A stretch of 59,116 nt of DNA, filler included, from Squatina squatina (Eukaryota): NCBI GenBank assembly GCA_031763465.1. It is 4 parts of 4 records of this genome, joined end to end, with 100 filler letters (N's around TTAATTAATTAA, not from the genome) between each part and the next. Parts side by side here need not be neighbours in the genome. Positions count along the whole stretch, not along the records: positions 1 to 17,044 come from JARFOE010000203.1; 3 more parts are not named here. One strand, written 5' to 3'. Made by a program: the position numbers and the translations under genes. The stretch's first letter is position 1. Each line of letters begins with the position of its first letter. Below are positions 1-10,760 of this stretch, piece by piece. The notes under the pieces are model-generated. The model was not told where the DNA came from and did no database searches. It worked only from the letters and a program-made list of their open reading frames with translations.

Positions 1-660
1 CGTCTTCGTCCACCTGGGGTACAGCAATCGGCCACGATTCTCTTACTTACGAGGTACGTAAACTCAAAAATGTTTATAAGAACACACAAGGCTGCAGTAA
101 CAACCATAAAAATAGTGAAGATCTTTTTCTCGGTCGGCCTGGCAATGAAGCAGTCCACAGTGTTGGGGCACGGGTCCAGCTGGCACTTAACAAGGCGAGG
201 TAAATCAAAGTTTTCATAGATACTATAAAGTATGTAGAGGAACCCACTATCAATCCCTGCTTTAAATACAAGGCTGATTACGTAAGTCCACCACAGTCCT
301 CCTTTCTTCTTCCCTGTGTCACTGTAGAGAGTATGACAGGTCGCCCCATGTTTCATCTTGTTCTTCCTCTCCCTTTCTTCTCTGTAAGCTACATGCATGA
401 CCACCAGCAGGGATGGAGTGGAGACAAATATCAGCTNNNNNNNNNNAGACAGCGAAGTAGTGGTCAAAGCAGACATTTTCACATCCAGGCTGCTTGGTGT
501 TGCATTCAAAGTCTCTTTGGTCGTCGCCCCACACTCTTTCTGCCGCCACAACATAGACCATCACTCGGAAGAGGAAGAGGACGGATAGCCAGATCCGGCC
601 AAATCCTGTGGAGTATTTATTCACCCCACTGAGCAGGCCTTGAAGGAAAGCCCAATTCAT
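1..660 (-). CDS. GJB4: Beta-group connexin (GJB4/GJB5-like) single coding exon, 3'-truncated by the window edge
   Basis: ATG at 660 gives [71 protein letters not shown]. After the 10-N gap the frame continues open to position 1: [25 protein letters not shown]...[29 protein letters not shown]...[52 protein letters not shown]. All six extracellular cysteines are present. The N-terminus matches recalled GJB4; the exact paralog (GJB4 vs GJB5) is uncertain. Confidence 0.9.
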
Positions 661-696
661 TGTGGAACAAAACACAATCAAATATTAGTGGATAAG

Positions 697-715
697 CTGA
701 AAGGAAAGAAAACAC
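697..715 (-). promoter_or_regulatory. Candidate splice acceptor of the connexin coding exon
   Basis: Minus strand reads GTGTTTTCTTTCCTTTCAG, 36 nt upstream of the ATG. This fits typical connexin architecture: a non-coding first exon spliced to a single coding exon. Confidence 0.6.
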
Positions 716-3700
716 AATCAAATATTAGTGGATACANNNNNNNNNNNNNNNNNNNNNNNNNNNNNNNNNNNNNNNNNNNNNNNNNNNNNNNNNNNNNNNN
801 NNNNNNNNNNNNNNNNNNNNNNNNNNNNNNNNNNNNGTCAATGCTACTGTGTGATTCAACAGCAATGGGTATTATTCTGAAGGAGTTTTGAGGCTTTTGT
901 CAGTTCTTTCTTTCCTCTGGCTGAGAACTGAGGGAAATAACCGAACTGATGCAAATGAGCTATAATACCATGAAGCAGCTGTGACACCACTACTTACGAC
1001 CTTCTGTCTGGGACTCGAATTTCATACACTTTGAAACTACAGGCCACAATATCACCGAGCACCAGGCACTTCCTGAACAATAACCAAAGTGAAAGCAGAT
1101 TGATAAGGAGCCCATGTTGGGTCAATCAAACTAATCTCCGAGGATGGTTCGGGTCTCTATTTTAATGCTTTTTCAGTCTTTCATTCATAAATCACTTGGC
1201 AGCAGAGTACTAAGTGACATTTGACAAAGCATCAAATGCGTGTCATACACAGCATAAAGCCAGATGGCATGATATGACCTAATTGCAAATCAAGCCTTAG
1301 CTTCCTGTCAGGAGTAGATTTTGTCACACATTAAATGGAGGGTTCTCATGAATTCTAAAATATTTTAAGGAAACAAATGTTAGCGGGGATAGGAAAGGAC
1401 GGTTCGCCAAAAGAAATTGAATATCCAGTGAACTACTGACATTGTTGTGCTGAAGTGCATTGAAGTGCACTGAAATGAAGACTGAAAACTGAAAACACCT
1501 TGCCGTCAAACAGAATTGAGTCATTGCCTTGGGTATTAATTTACAGATTCTGAAACTGGAACAGGACAATGTATTTCCCCACACCGTTCATGGACCAGTA
1601 ACCTGTGAAAAATATTGTTTTAATCTCTGACTTCTACTGTACTAAATACCAGAAAAAAAATCATGCCCTCAATTTTACAGGGTCACTTTTTTGACAAGCA
1701 GCTCGCAAAACAACTCTCTGCCTTTTCAAGGTCAGAGCAAGTCTGAACAATTCCCATCATCTGGCTGCCACCAGACTGCTTTCTTGCGGAAGATAGATTG
1801 GCACAAATGAGAACTAGAGGGCCATCTGATCTGACAGCACAAGAGCTCCACAGTCGTGTGGCTAACTTGCCACTTCTGACGGGACTTCTAATGGATATCA
1901 TAGTTGTCAGTACAGGAGNNNNNNNNNNNNNNNNNNNNNNNNNNNNNNNNNNNNNNNNNNNNNNNNNNNNNNNNNNNNNNNNNNNNNNNNNNNNNNNNNN
2001 NNNNNNNNNNNNNNNNNNTGGGAATGCACAAAAGCAGCCTTCTCAGTCTGTTTTCATTTGAAATCGCAGCATAGCAATGTGCTAAATTAAACTGCTCTTT
2101 TAGGCTGCGAGGATTAGAAGATGCAGCAAGTTAGCACACTGCCCTTTAATCTTTGAATCTGAATCCAACCCTACCTGTCTGATGGAAAGACATTTCTTCT
2201 CTGGAGTGTGAAATTAGCTTGTGTAAGCTGAATCGAGTTGATCTGGGCAAAACTATCCATAATTCACAGCATTACTTACCTGGTACTGAAGTTTACCTGA
2301 TTGGATGCCTATCACCTGGCATCCAGGGCTGGAGGAACATAGACCTGCATTACTTCCGATGATGGTGCTTCCTAATAGGTCCGGCATGTTATGTCAGATA
2401 AATTGGTTGCTACTGAGTGTGAAGAACCAAGATGATGGGTATCAGCAGGAAATCAAAAATTCATTGGGATTTGTATTTTGTCTATCTGGCAGGAGGAGTC
2501 TGTTAAACAATTCTTTCAAGTTAGATTGGAGAGAGTGGCATTTTACATTGAAGGCACTTCCTGTTACACTTGTCTTCCACTGCAGCAGTTTAAAACTGAT
2601 TCTTGGAAATCGCCACAAGGCGAAGGACTGAGGTGAATGGTTGCCTTCTACCTCCCCTGCCTATAAGTATCTTCTCCCCATCCTCCACCAAACATTGAGA
2701 GGTTGGTTTTGAAGAAATTGTGAATTCACAACAGGCTTGTTGCCAGCCTNNNNNNNNNNNNNNNNNNNNNNNNNNNNNNNNNNNNNNNNNNNNNNNNNNN
2801 NNNNNNNNNNNNNNNNNNNNNNNNNNNNNNNNNNNNNNNNNNNNNNNNNTGATTCCTCACAGCTGAAAAATATTCCCTTTCTACCCCTTAAATGACCTAA
2901 GCAGTGCCAATGTGATGGAAGTGTCCCCCTTTAAGTACTGACATGGGCTGATAGATTAGTGGAAGCACTTAAGCCATTTGAGATATTGAACACCTGAAAA
3001 AATGAAGAAAATCAGGGCTAAGTATGTGCCCATTAGTGCTGAAAGTAGCATGTTTTTTTAGAGTTTTACAATTTTTTTCTAAGTGCTGAAAAGGCTGACT
3101 TTAGCCTAAAAGTTCAAAGACCAAAACTTAACACCCAAATATTCATCCGTTAGTGCCTGAAACTCAGGGCAATCGAATTGGGCGCCCTTATTCTTTTCAG
3201 TTGGTGTCTTGCATGAACTACTGAAAAGCAGCAGTCGGAAGGGGTTTTCACAATGGGCATACAATTTGAGTTCAACTAATGTTGAATAAGCTCAACCTAC
3301 AGCCCCCTGGAAACAGTCAATTGTTATGAGTGGGAATGAACACACTCTTCAACTGTTTTCATTTCCTCAATTGAATTAGGGTTGATAGAAAATTAAATTT
3401 GACTGAATATAGGGGTGCTGTTGATTGCTTTTCCATTTAATGGTAGTACTATGCAGGTCACATAGTCTGATGAATTGTCACTATGCATCTACCAAATAAA
3501 TGTGTCTCTTCAGCCTTTCAACATCTCAGACAGAACATCGCTTTGAAATTAATTCATGACGTTCTGTTGAGAAGAGACTTTGTATTCTTAAGTCTGTACA
3601 GTTGGCATCAGGGTGACAGGCAAGATACATTAACAGTAAATACATTAGTCCTTAAACAGATTGAACTGCCAGTTCAGTTTCTCTGGAACAAGAGAATAAG

Positions 3701-3964
3701 CTTTGTATTTGTTTGTTTCATATGCGGATGCTATCAAACTCCAGACACCAATCTCTCAAGGCGACACAGCAGGTCTCAGGCCTCCAAACAATGCTCCTTT
3801 GATCTGGGTGTTGAGAGGCCTATAAAAGCAGGCTGTAGATGATTTGCTCTCTAATTTTCTCTCCTATGAAGGCCGTTCACTTCCACCTGACGCCACCTCA
3901 CAATGGCATGGCTGAGATTGCCAGCATCCTACATTGCCATCCTACATTGTATTGATGCGCCAAT

Positions 3965-4221
3965 GTCAGCCGTGACTCAGTTGGTGGCACCCTCATCTCA
4001 GAGTCAGCAGATTGTGGGTTCAAGACCCACTCCAGTGATTTGAGCACAAAATCCAAGCATCCAGGCCAGTCCAGTACTGAGGGAATGCTGCACTGTCAGA
4101 GGTGCCGTCTTTCCGATGAGACATCAGGTGAACTAAAAGATCTCATTGCACTATTTCGATGAAGAGCTGGGAAATTCTCCCTGGCATCCTGGCCAATATT
4201 TATACCTCAACCAACATCACT
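3965..4221 (+). mobile_element. tRNA-derived Deu-domain SINE (SacSINE1-like), 5' part with internal deletion
   Basis: A-box-like TGACTCAGTTGG (3973-3984) and B-box GGTTCAAGACC (4017-4027), followed by CTGAGGGAATGCTGCACTGTCAGAGGTGCCGTCTTTCCGATGAGAC and CCTGGCCAATATTTATACCTCAACCAACATCAC. These motifs recur elsewhere in the window. Confidence 0.8.
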
Positions 4222-4391
4222 TACTTACTCTTTCCTTCCTCCTTTCTTTCTTTCTTTCTCATTTCTTTTCTCAGAGTAAATCTTTCCCTGTACTGCTCTG
4301 GCAATGTGTTTAGGCCCAATCCCTGCTGCACCATTTTTCCTACAATTACTGATATAAGCCTCACTGAACCCTAGCAAGAAGTCAACCTCTA

Positions 4392-4575
4392 GTCTGCTCT
4401 CTCAGGTGGATGTAAAAGAATCCATGGCATGATTTTGAAGAAGAACAGGGGAGTTATCCCCAGTATCCTGGCCAATATTTATCCCTCAATCAACATAACA
4501 AAACAGATTATCTGGTCATTATCACATTGTTGTTTGTGGGAGCTTGCTTGTGTGCAAATTGGCTGCTGTGTTTCC
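4392..4575 (+). mobile_element. SacSINE1-like SINE, central and 3' fragment running into a gap
   Basis: TCTCAGGTGGATGTAAAAGAATCCATGGCA...AAACAGATTATCTGGTCATTATCACATTGTTGTTTGTGGGAGCTTGC matches the copies at 28540-28690 and, in reverse, 49760-49924. Confidence 0.8.
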
Positions 4576-5842
4576 NNNNNNNNNNNNNNNNNNNNNNNNN
4601 NNNNNNNNNNNNNNNNNNNNNNNNNNNNNNNNNNNNNNNNNNNNNNNNNNNNNNNNNNNNNNNNNNNNNNNNNNNTATAATGCAAGAGAAGCAGTGGAGG
4701 AGGATAGCAGAGCCAACTGTATCCGAGGCAGCTGCTCAGTTGGCCTTCAATCTCAGTTGAAGAAATCCAAGAGGTCTTTGTATTTGGCATTAAAAGTTAG
4801 GGTGGAGAGGGTTTCAGAAGAGTCTGAGGAGGCATTTAGTCATGGAGAAGAGAAGCCTGGTGTCCTTGCCCTCAAGGACGATCTTGAAGCAGTCGATGGT
4901 TTTGGTTATCAAATCTGGCAATTGATGACTAGACCAGTTGTGCGCCAGGTACATGAAAATTTGTGCACCTTGAACTTGAAAGTGATCAGGTGGGGGCTGT
5001 GCTAGGGAAGGTCAGCATCGCGAGAGCACTGTGTTTCTTATGGGAACACGGGCATTGAAGATGGTGGCAAGGGAGTGATTATCCTAACTGGTGATTGTTA
5101 GGATTTTTCACCTTCTCTTTGGCCTCTTCAGATATATTGCAGAGAACAGGAAAAAAATAATAGTAAAACCATGTCCATGTCAAAGGGCATAGACACATTG
5201 GGCAACAGTTAGAAATCACCCTTCGTAGACATCTTAACAGTCAAGTGAATTGTTGACCTTTCAACCCATGTCTCAGCCTCACAAGAAAAATCAACTTTTT
5301 CTACTGGGGTTAGAAGTTTTCGCTATCATACAGTCAGATCAGTTGTAGTATAGAACTGAGGCCAGTAAGAGCCAGTTACTTTCTCCCACTGTTGGTTGAA
5401 CATTAACTTGAGGCGATGAGGTTATTATATTTTCTGAGAGTCAGTTACAGGATGTTTTGTGTTTGCTCACAATGAAGTTCTGTGTATCTATGTTCGAATT
5501 TTTACCTGGTTACTTGCTCTATTGGAAACTGCTATGTGAACATTTCCTATGGGAATTCCAATGTAAACCTGTCCATATGTCACGGTTACACATAACCTGT
5601 TATGTTCCATATAACCTCTGTAGGTGATGCGCCAATTGGATTTCTAACGTTAATCTGATTGCTGACATGACTCATTGTAACACAACCATGTGATGCTGTA
5701 TTATCTTTTCACAAAAATTTACTCAACATAATTTCTCAAGAGTTCAGTTTCAAAAGCCTGGATTTGGACACGATATTCTTGCCCAGAGTTGTGATTTTTG
5801 CCAGCTGACTATAGACTTCAGCATGTGTAATGTAAATAAATA

Positions 5843-6061
5843 GAAACTTGGACTTATATAGCACCTTTCACAACCTCAGGACATCACAAAGCACTTTTCA
5901 GACAATTAAGCACTTTAGGAATGTAGTCAGTGTTGTAATGTAGGAAATGTTTCCCACATTACAACAGTGACTACACTCCAAAGTACTTAATTGGCTGTAA
6001 AGCGCTTTGAGACATCCGGTAGTCGTAAAAGGCGCTATATAAATGCAAGTCTTTCTTTCTC
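5843..6061. mobile_element. Two SINE 3' tails joined back-to-back as an imperfect palindrome
   Basis: 5843-5947 is the reverse complement of the SINE tail and 5950-6061 is the forward tail (TTTCCCACATTACAACAGTGACTACAC...GGCGCTATATAAATGCAAGTCTTTCTTTC). The centre reads GGAAA-TG-TTTCC. Confidence 0.8.
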
Positions 6062-8373
6062 TTCTGATAGGAAATGATATAGCATGGCTGTGAATGCTGT
6101 TTGGTTTTTGTTTAGCTAACTGTGTCTTGTTCATGTTGGCAGCAGCTTACTTGCGTTAAATTAAAGAGCTGGTTTTCCATCCTGGTTGTGACAGCACGTC
6201 CTCAAGATTTTTAATTCCCTCCTCACCCGAGGCATTAACAAGGCTTTAAGAATAGGACTGGTGGTGGATCTGTCCAGGGGAGCAGTCCTGCAGTTGGGAA
6301 TGAAGACTGCACTTAGCTTCGTCATTAAGTATTTCATTTGTTAGGGTGCCTCATATGCTAGGCACGGGGAAGGTCTGTATTCATTTGCCACAAATATACT
6401 CGATGCGGAACTGTAGAAGAGATTGAGGAAGGAAAAAAAATAGTGATAAATTATCTGCAGGCCATAATTACCTTATTCATTAAATAAAGAGGAGCATCGA
6501 CTGATCCCTGGAAGAAGTGCCTCTGGCTTCTCTCTCAGCCAAGAAGGCCAAATGCTGTTCAAGTGAAGATAAAATACTTCTCAAACAAACTTATAAATGG
6601 GACAAGTCACTTTTGTTGATGAGCACATTCAGAAATCTAACCACATTTTATGGCACAGGGACATTAACTAAAATGCCTGTAATAGAAATGTTTCAAGTAT
6701 TGTACCAAAACATTGAAGAATTGTTCAAGCTTTTGAAATTGTTCCTCAGATTCAATAAGGGATGGAATAGAATTTAATGCTTCATTACTTTGAAAATTCA
6801 CCTGCATAATGCCTGCCTTAATGATGCAGACAGTTTGAAAACACTGTCATTCATCTCGGGAAGTCTGAGGGCTGCATTAAGCTAAAAGAGAAATTTTTCA
6901 AAATCAAAAATCTTAGTCATAACCTGCGTGATGTTTGATAAATCACCAAGATATGACACATGTTAAACAAACATGCATGATGGTGCTAANNNNNNNNNNN
7001 NNNNNNNNNNNNNNNNNNNNNNNNNNNNNNNNNNNNNNNNNNNNNNNNNNNNNNNNNNNNNNNNNNNNNNNNNNNNNNNNNNNNNNNNNTTGTTCTGTAC
7101 CTGATTTGACATTGAATTCGCCCACTCTAATTTACACTTCCTTCTTCACCCTTGCGCGGTTAATTTCACAACCCTCCAATCGGATTGGCTAAGGAGATAC
7201 ACAGTTGCTTGCCCTGTTCACTCAGGTCCCGGATGCCTGGTTTCCCTCACTGCCCCGTTATCAACTCGCATTTTCAGCAACTTGCAGGGCAAAAAATGTA
7301 AATATCTAAATGTGCAAGGTCAAGTCTAAAAAATGACAGACACCATTAGATGCCCTGCCACAGCAAAATCTGGGCCATAATTAAAATGCAATTTTCACTG
7401 CTCTCGTGTTAGCAATGCCAATTAAGGCATGCCACTCATTTAATTTGACTGGTAATGGTGTTCAAATAGTCACATAAACAAGAGTTTGAAGCAAAGCTGG
7501 GTAAATTCAGAGACATTCAGAAATGCAGAACAGAGCCGGCAGATCTGAACCTCAAATGAGTAATGAATATGTAACTATTGCTTTAAGAAACCAACATGCA
7601 ACGTGACTGGGGCTTTAGCTTCTGGAAGCACAAGAGAGAAAGACTGGAGTTCACAGAATGGCTGCTTGATTACACAATTAGTTTCAATTAGATCCCAGGC
7701 TAGCAAGCAGTAGAAAGGCCTGAAGGAGTGAAGGTGATTAAAAGAGCTTGCCGATGCTTCCAGAGAGCCTGTGAAAAGGAATGGTGTTAAATAACCTTCA
7801 CACACCGCCAACAATAAGCATGGGATATGCTGCCTTATTTGGTGAGTGCTTAACTGATATGATTTCAATAAAGGGCAAACACAATTCCCCAGCTCAACAC
7901 ANNNNNNNNNNNNCAGCTCAACACAAAAAATAAATAATCATAGCTTCAACCAAGCAGGGAAGAAATACATCAAAACTACTGAGAGAGAACAGTGGGATAT
8001 CTGTACAGAGGTAATTCACGAGCAAGGAACTGAAGTTTTATGAGAATAGAGATGAAGTATTTTTCCATTTCTTACCACTCGTATATTAATAATTGGGAAA
8101 TAATGTAGAATAAATGTGGGATTATCAGGGAGTATTACCTTTACCAGTGATTGTTTAAGGCATCAGCTATGCAGCACATCAAAGTTGTCACTGGAGTGTA
8201 AAAGCGTGAGTGATGGTTATGACATTATGATTGCAACAGGTCCCATCTTTATATAAACCACATAAAAATTGAATTTATAAACCACTTTGAATGGGCAGTG
8301 AATAAGAGGGCAGTTATACCAAGTGGGCTGTTTTTCTGCAACGCAGTTTTGATTTGGGAGTGAAGTAAAATAT

Positions 8374-9508
8374 GCATTGGTGTCTCTTTACCCGCACTGG
8401 TGTCTCTTTACCCGCACTGGTGTCTCTTTACCAGCACTGGTGTCTCTTTACCAGCACTGGTGTACCTTTTAGCAGCAGTGATGTCCTTTTACCCGCACTG
8501 GTGTCTCTTTACCAGCACTGGTGTCCCTTTTAGCAGCACTGGTGTCTCTTTACCAGCACTGGTGTCCTTTTACCCGCACTGGTGTCTCTTTACCAGAACT
8601 GGTGTCCATTTACCCGCACTGGTGTCCTTTTACCCTCACTGGTGTCTCTTTACCAGCACTGGTGTCCCTTTACCCGCACTGGTGTCTTTTTACCAGCACT
8701 GGTGTCCCTTTTTGCAGCACTGGTGTCTCTTTACCAGCACTGGTGTCCTTTTACCCGCACTGGTGTCTCTTTACCAGCACTGGTGTCCCTTTTACCTACA
8801 CTAGTGTCTCTTTACCAGCACTGGTGTCTCTTTGTCATCACTGGTGTCTCTTTACCAGCACTGGTGTCCCTTTTACCCGCACTGGTGTCTCTTTACCCGC
8901 ACTGGTGTCACTTTACCAGCACTGGTATCCCTTTACCCAAACTGGTGTCCTTTTACCAGCACTGGTGTCTCTTTACCAGCACTGGTGTCTATTTACCCGC
9001 ACTGGTGTCCCATTACCAGCATTGATGCCTCTTTACCAGCACTGGTGTCATTTTACCAGCACTGGTGTCCCTTTACCCGCACTGGTGCTTTTTAAACAGC
9101 ACTGGTGTCCATTTACCAGCACTGGTGTCTCTTTATCAGCACTGGTGTCCCTTTGCCAGCACTGGTGTCCTTTTACCAGCACCGGTGTCCTTTTAGCAGC
9201 ACTGGCGTCTCTTTACCAGCACTGATGTAATTTTACCAGCACTGGTGTCTCTTTACAAGCACTGGTGTCCTTTTAACAGCACTGGTGTCACGTTACCAGC
9301 ACTGGTGTCCTTTTACCAGCACTGATGTCATTTTACCAGCACTGGTGTCTCTTTACCAGCACTGATGTCATTTTACCAGCACTGGTATCATTTAACCAGC
9401 ACTGGTGTCTCTTTACCAGCACTGGTGTCCTTTTACCAGCACTGGTGTCATTTTACCAGCACTGGTGTCTCTTTACCAGCACTGGTGTCATTTTGCCAGC
9501 ACTGGTGT
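8374..9508. repeat. 20-bp minisatellite, about 55 copies, ending in a gap
   Basis: Consensus GCACTGGTGTCTCTTTACCA repeated head-to-tail, with occasional 21-bp units. It produces the spurious repetitive ORFs in the track. Confidence 0.97.
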
Positions 9509-10754
9509 NNNNNNNNNNNNNNNNNNNNNNNNNNNNNNNNNNNNNNNNNNNNNNNNNNNNNNNNNNNNNNNNNNNNNNNNNNNNNNNNNNNNNNNNNNNN
9601 NNNNNNNNGAAAGGCCAAATTTTGTCTCCAATGACTTTTGGAGACAAGGGGAAAGAATTGAAAGGAAAATGCCAGCCTTTAACTTCTTCATGATTTGTGC
9701 TGGTGACTGCATAATATCAAAACAATGTTAATGGCAGTTTGAAGTGGTGTCAAAATTGAATTGAAGACAATGATAAGCCTCTAAGATAGCAATACACCAG
9801 GAGATAACACTGTCATGTAATTCCCAGAAGGTCATAATAACGGAATTACCCACCAGAGTGGGATACTCGGTGTCTCATCTACGTCAATGACTTACATAGG
9901 TTCAAATAATGATCTGATCTGTCTTTTCAATCATCCCAAGTCTTTGTGGACTATCATCAATCATCTCCTGCCCCACCACTCGTTACCAAGGTTCCCTCCT
10001 GTCAATCGAAGCACGAGATTCCAACAAAATGATTTTTTTTTTAAACTGTCAATCAAACTGTCTCTCTTTTGCAAGTCATCTTCGAACCAACTGCAAGTTA
10101 TCCTCTGCAGCTTTTGCTCTTCTGTACATCATAGCATCGCAAATGTGGCAGGGAATGACAGGTGGATGCTGATGGAATNNNNNNNNNNNNNNNNNNNNNN
10201 NNNNNNNNNNNNNNNNNNNNNNNNNNNNNNNNNNNNNNNNNNNNNNNNNNNNNNNNNNNNNNNNNNNNNNNNNNNNNNGGAACAGGTCCGAGTAACTCAT
10301 CTGAATCGACTGCAATTAATTGCTGGATCGGTCAATATAACATGTCTTAGATGCTTGGTACTATCAAAGAAACCCAATGGCACTGAAATGCAAGAACTGT
10401 ATGCTCTGCCCCAGCATTAGCTGACAATTTAATTTACTAAAATCACGTGTGCACAGAGATGGTCTGTTTACTATAGGCTGCTAGCCAAGTTTTAGGAGTT
10501 GATTGGGACATAATTGAATATTGATGTGGAGGCAAACATAAGCAGCCGAAATGCTATAAAAGTCACTTTAAAAAAGTCAGCAGTATTCTTCATGGACCTC
10601 TGTCACACTGGGGTCAACTTTCAGTCATTTCTCAGCAAAAAAAGCAAATGCATATTCACAAAAGCTTGTTACGGTTATTTGTAAGTGACCTTTAACAGGT
10701 TTTGAGAATTTTATTCAATTACATGAACAGACACAGAGTTTCATTGTCAAAATT

Positions 10755-10760
10755 TTTATT
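10755..10760 (-). terminator. Candidate polyadenylation signal of the CSMD2 3'UTR
   Basis: AATAAA on the minus strand, followed about 20 nt later by GU-rich CTCTGTGTCTGTTCATGT. A second AATAAA lies at 10710-10715, and 11350-11950 is AU-rich and UTR-like on the minus strand. Confidence 0.45.

Noticed and set aside
437-446. Apparent frameshift suggesting a connexin pseudogene
   Set aside because: It falls exactly in a 10-N gap. The missing conserved S-HxRLWAL-Q segment needs 24 nt, which restores the frame, and both sides are stop-free.
3965-4035. tRNA gene
   Set aside because: The A and B boxes continue directly into SINE body sequence and there is no intact cloverleaf.
7890-7926. CAGCTCAACACA repeated on both sides of a short gap
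   Set aside because: Most likely an unmerged contig overlap.
8400-9731. Repetitive ORFs and a possible CRISPR-like array
   Set aside because: The units are contiguous 20-mers with no unique spacers, there are no cas genes, and the context is eukaryotic. The ORFs are translations of a minisatellite.
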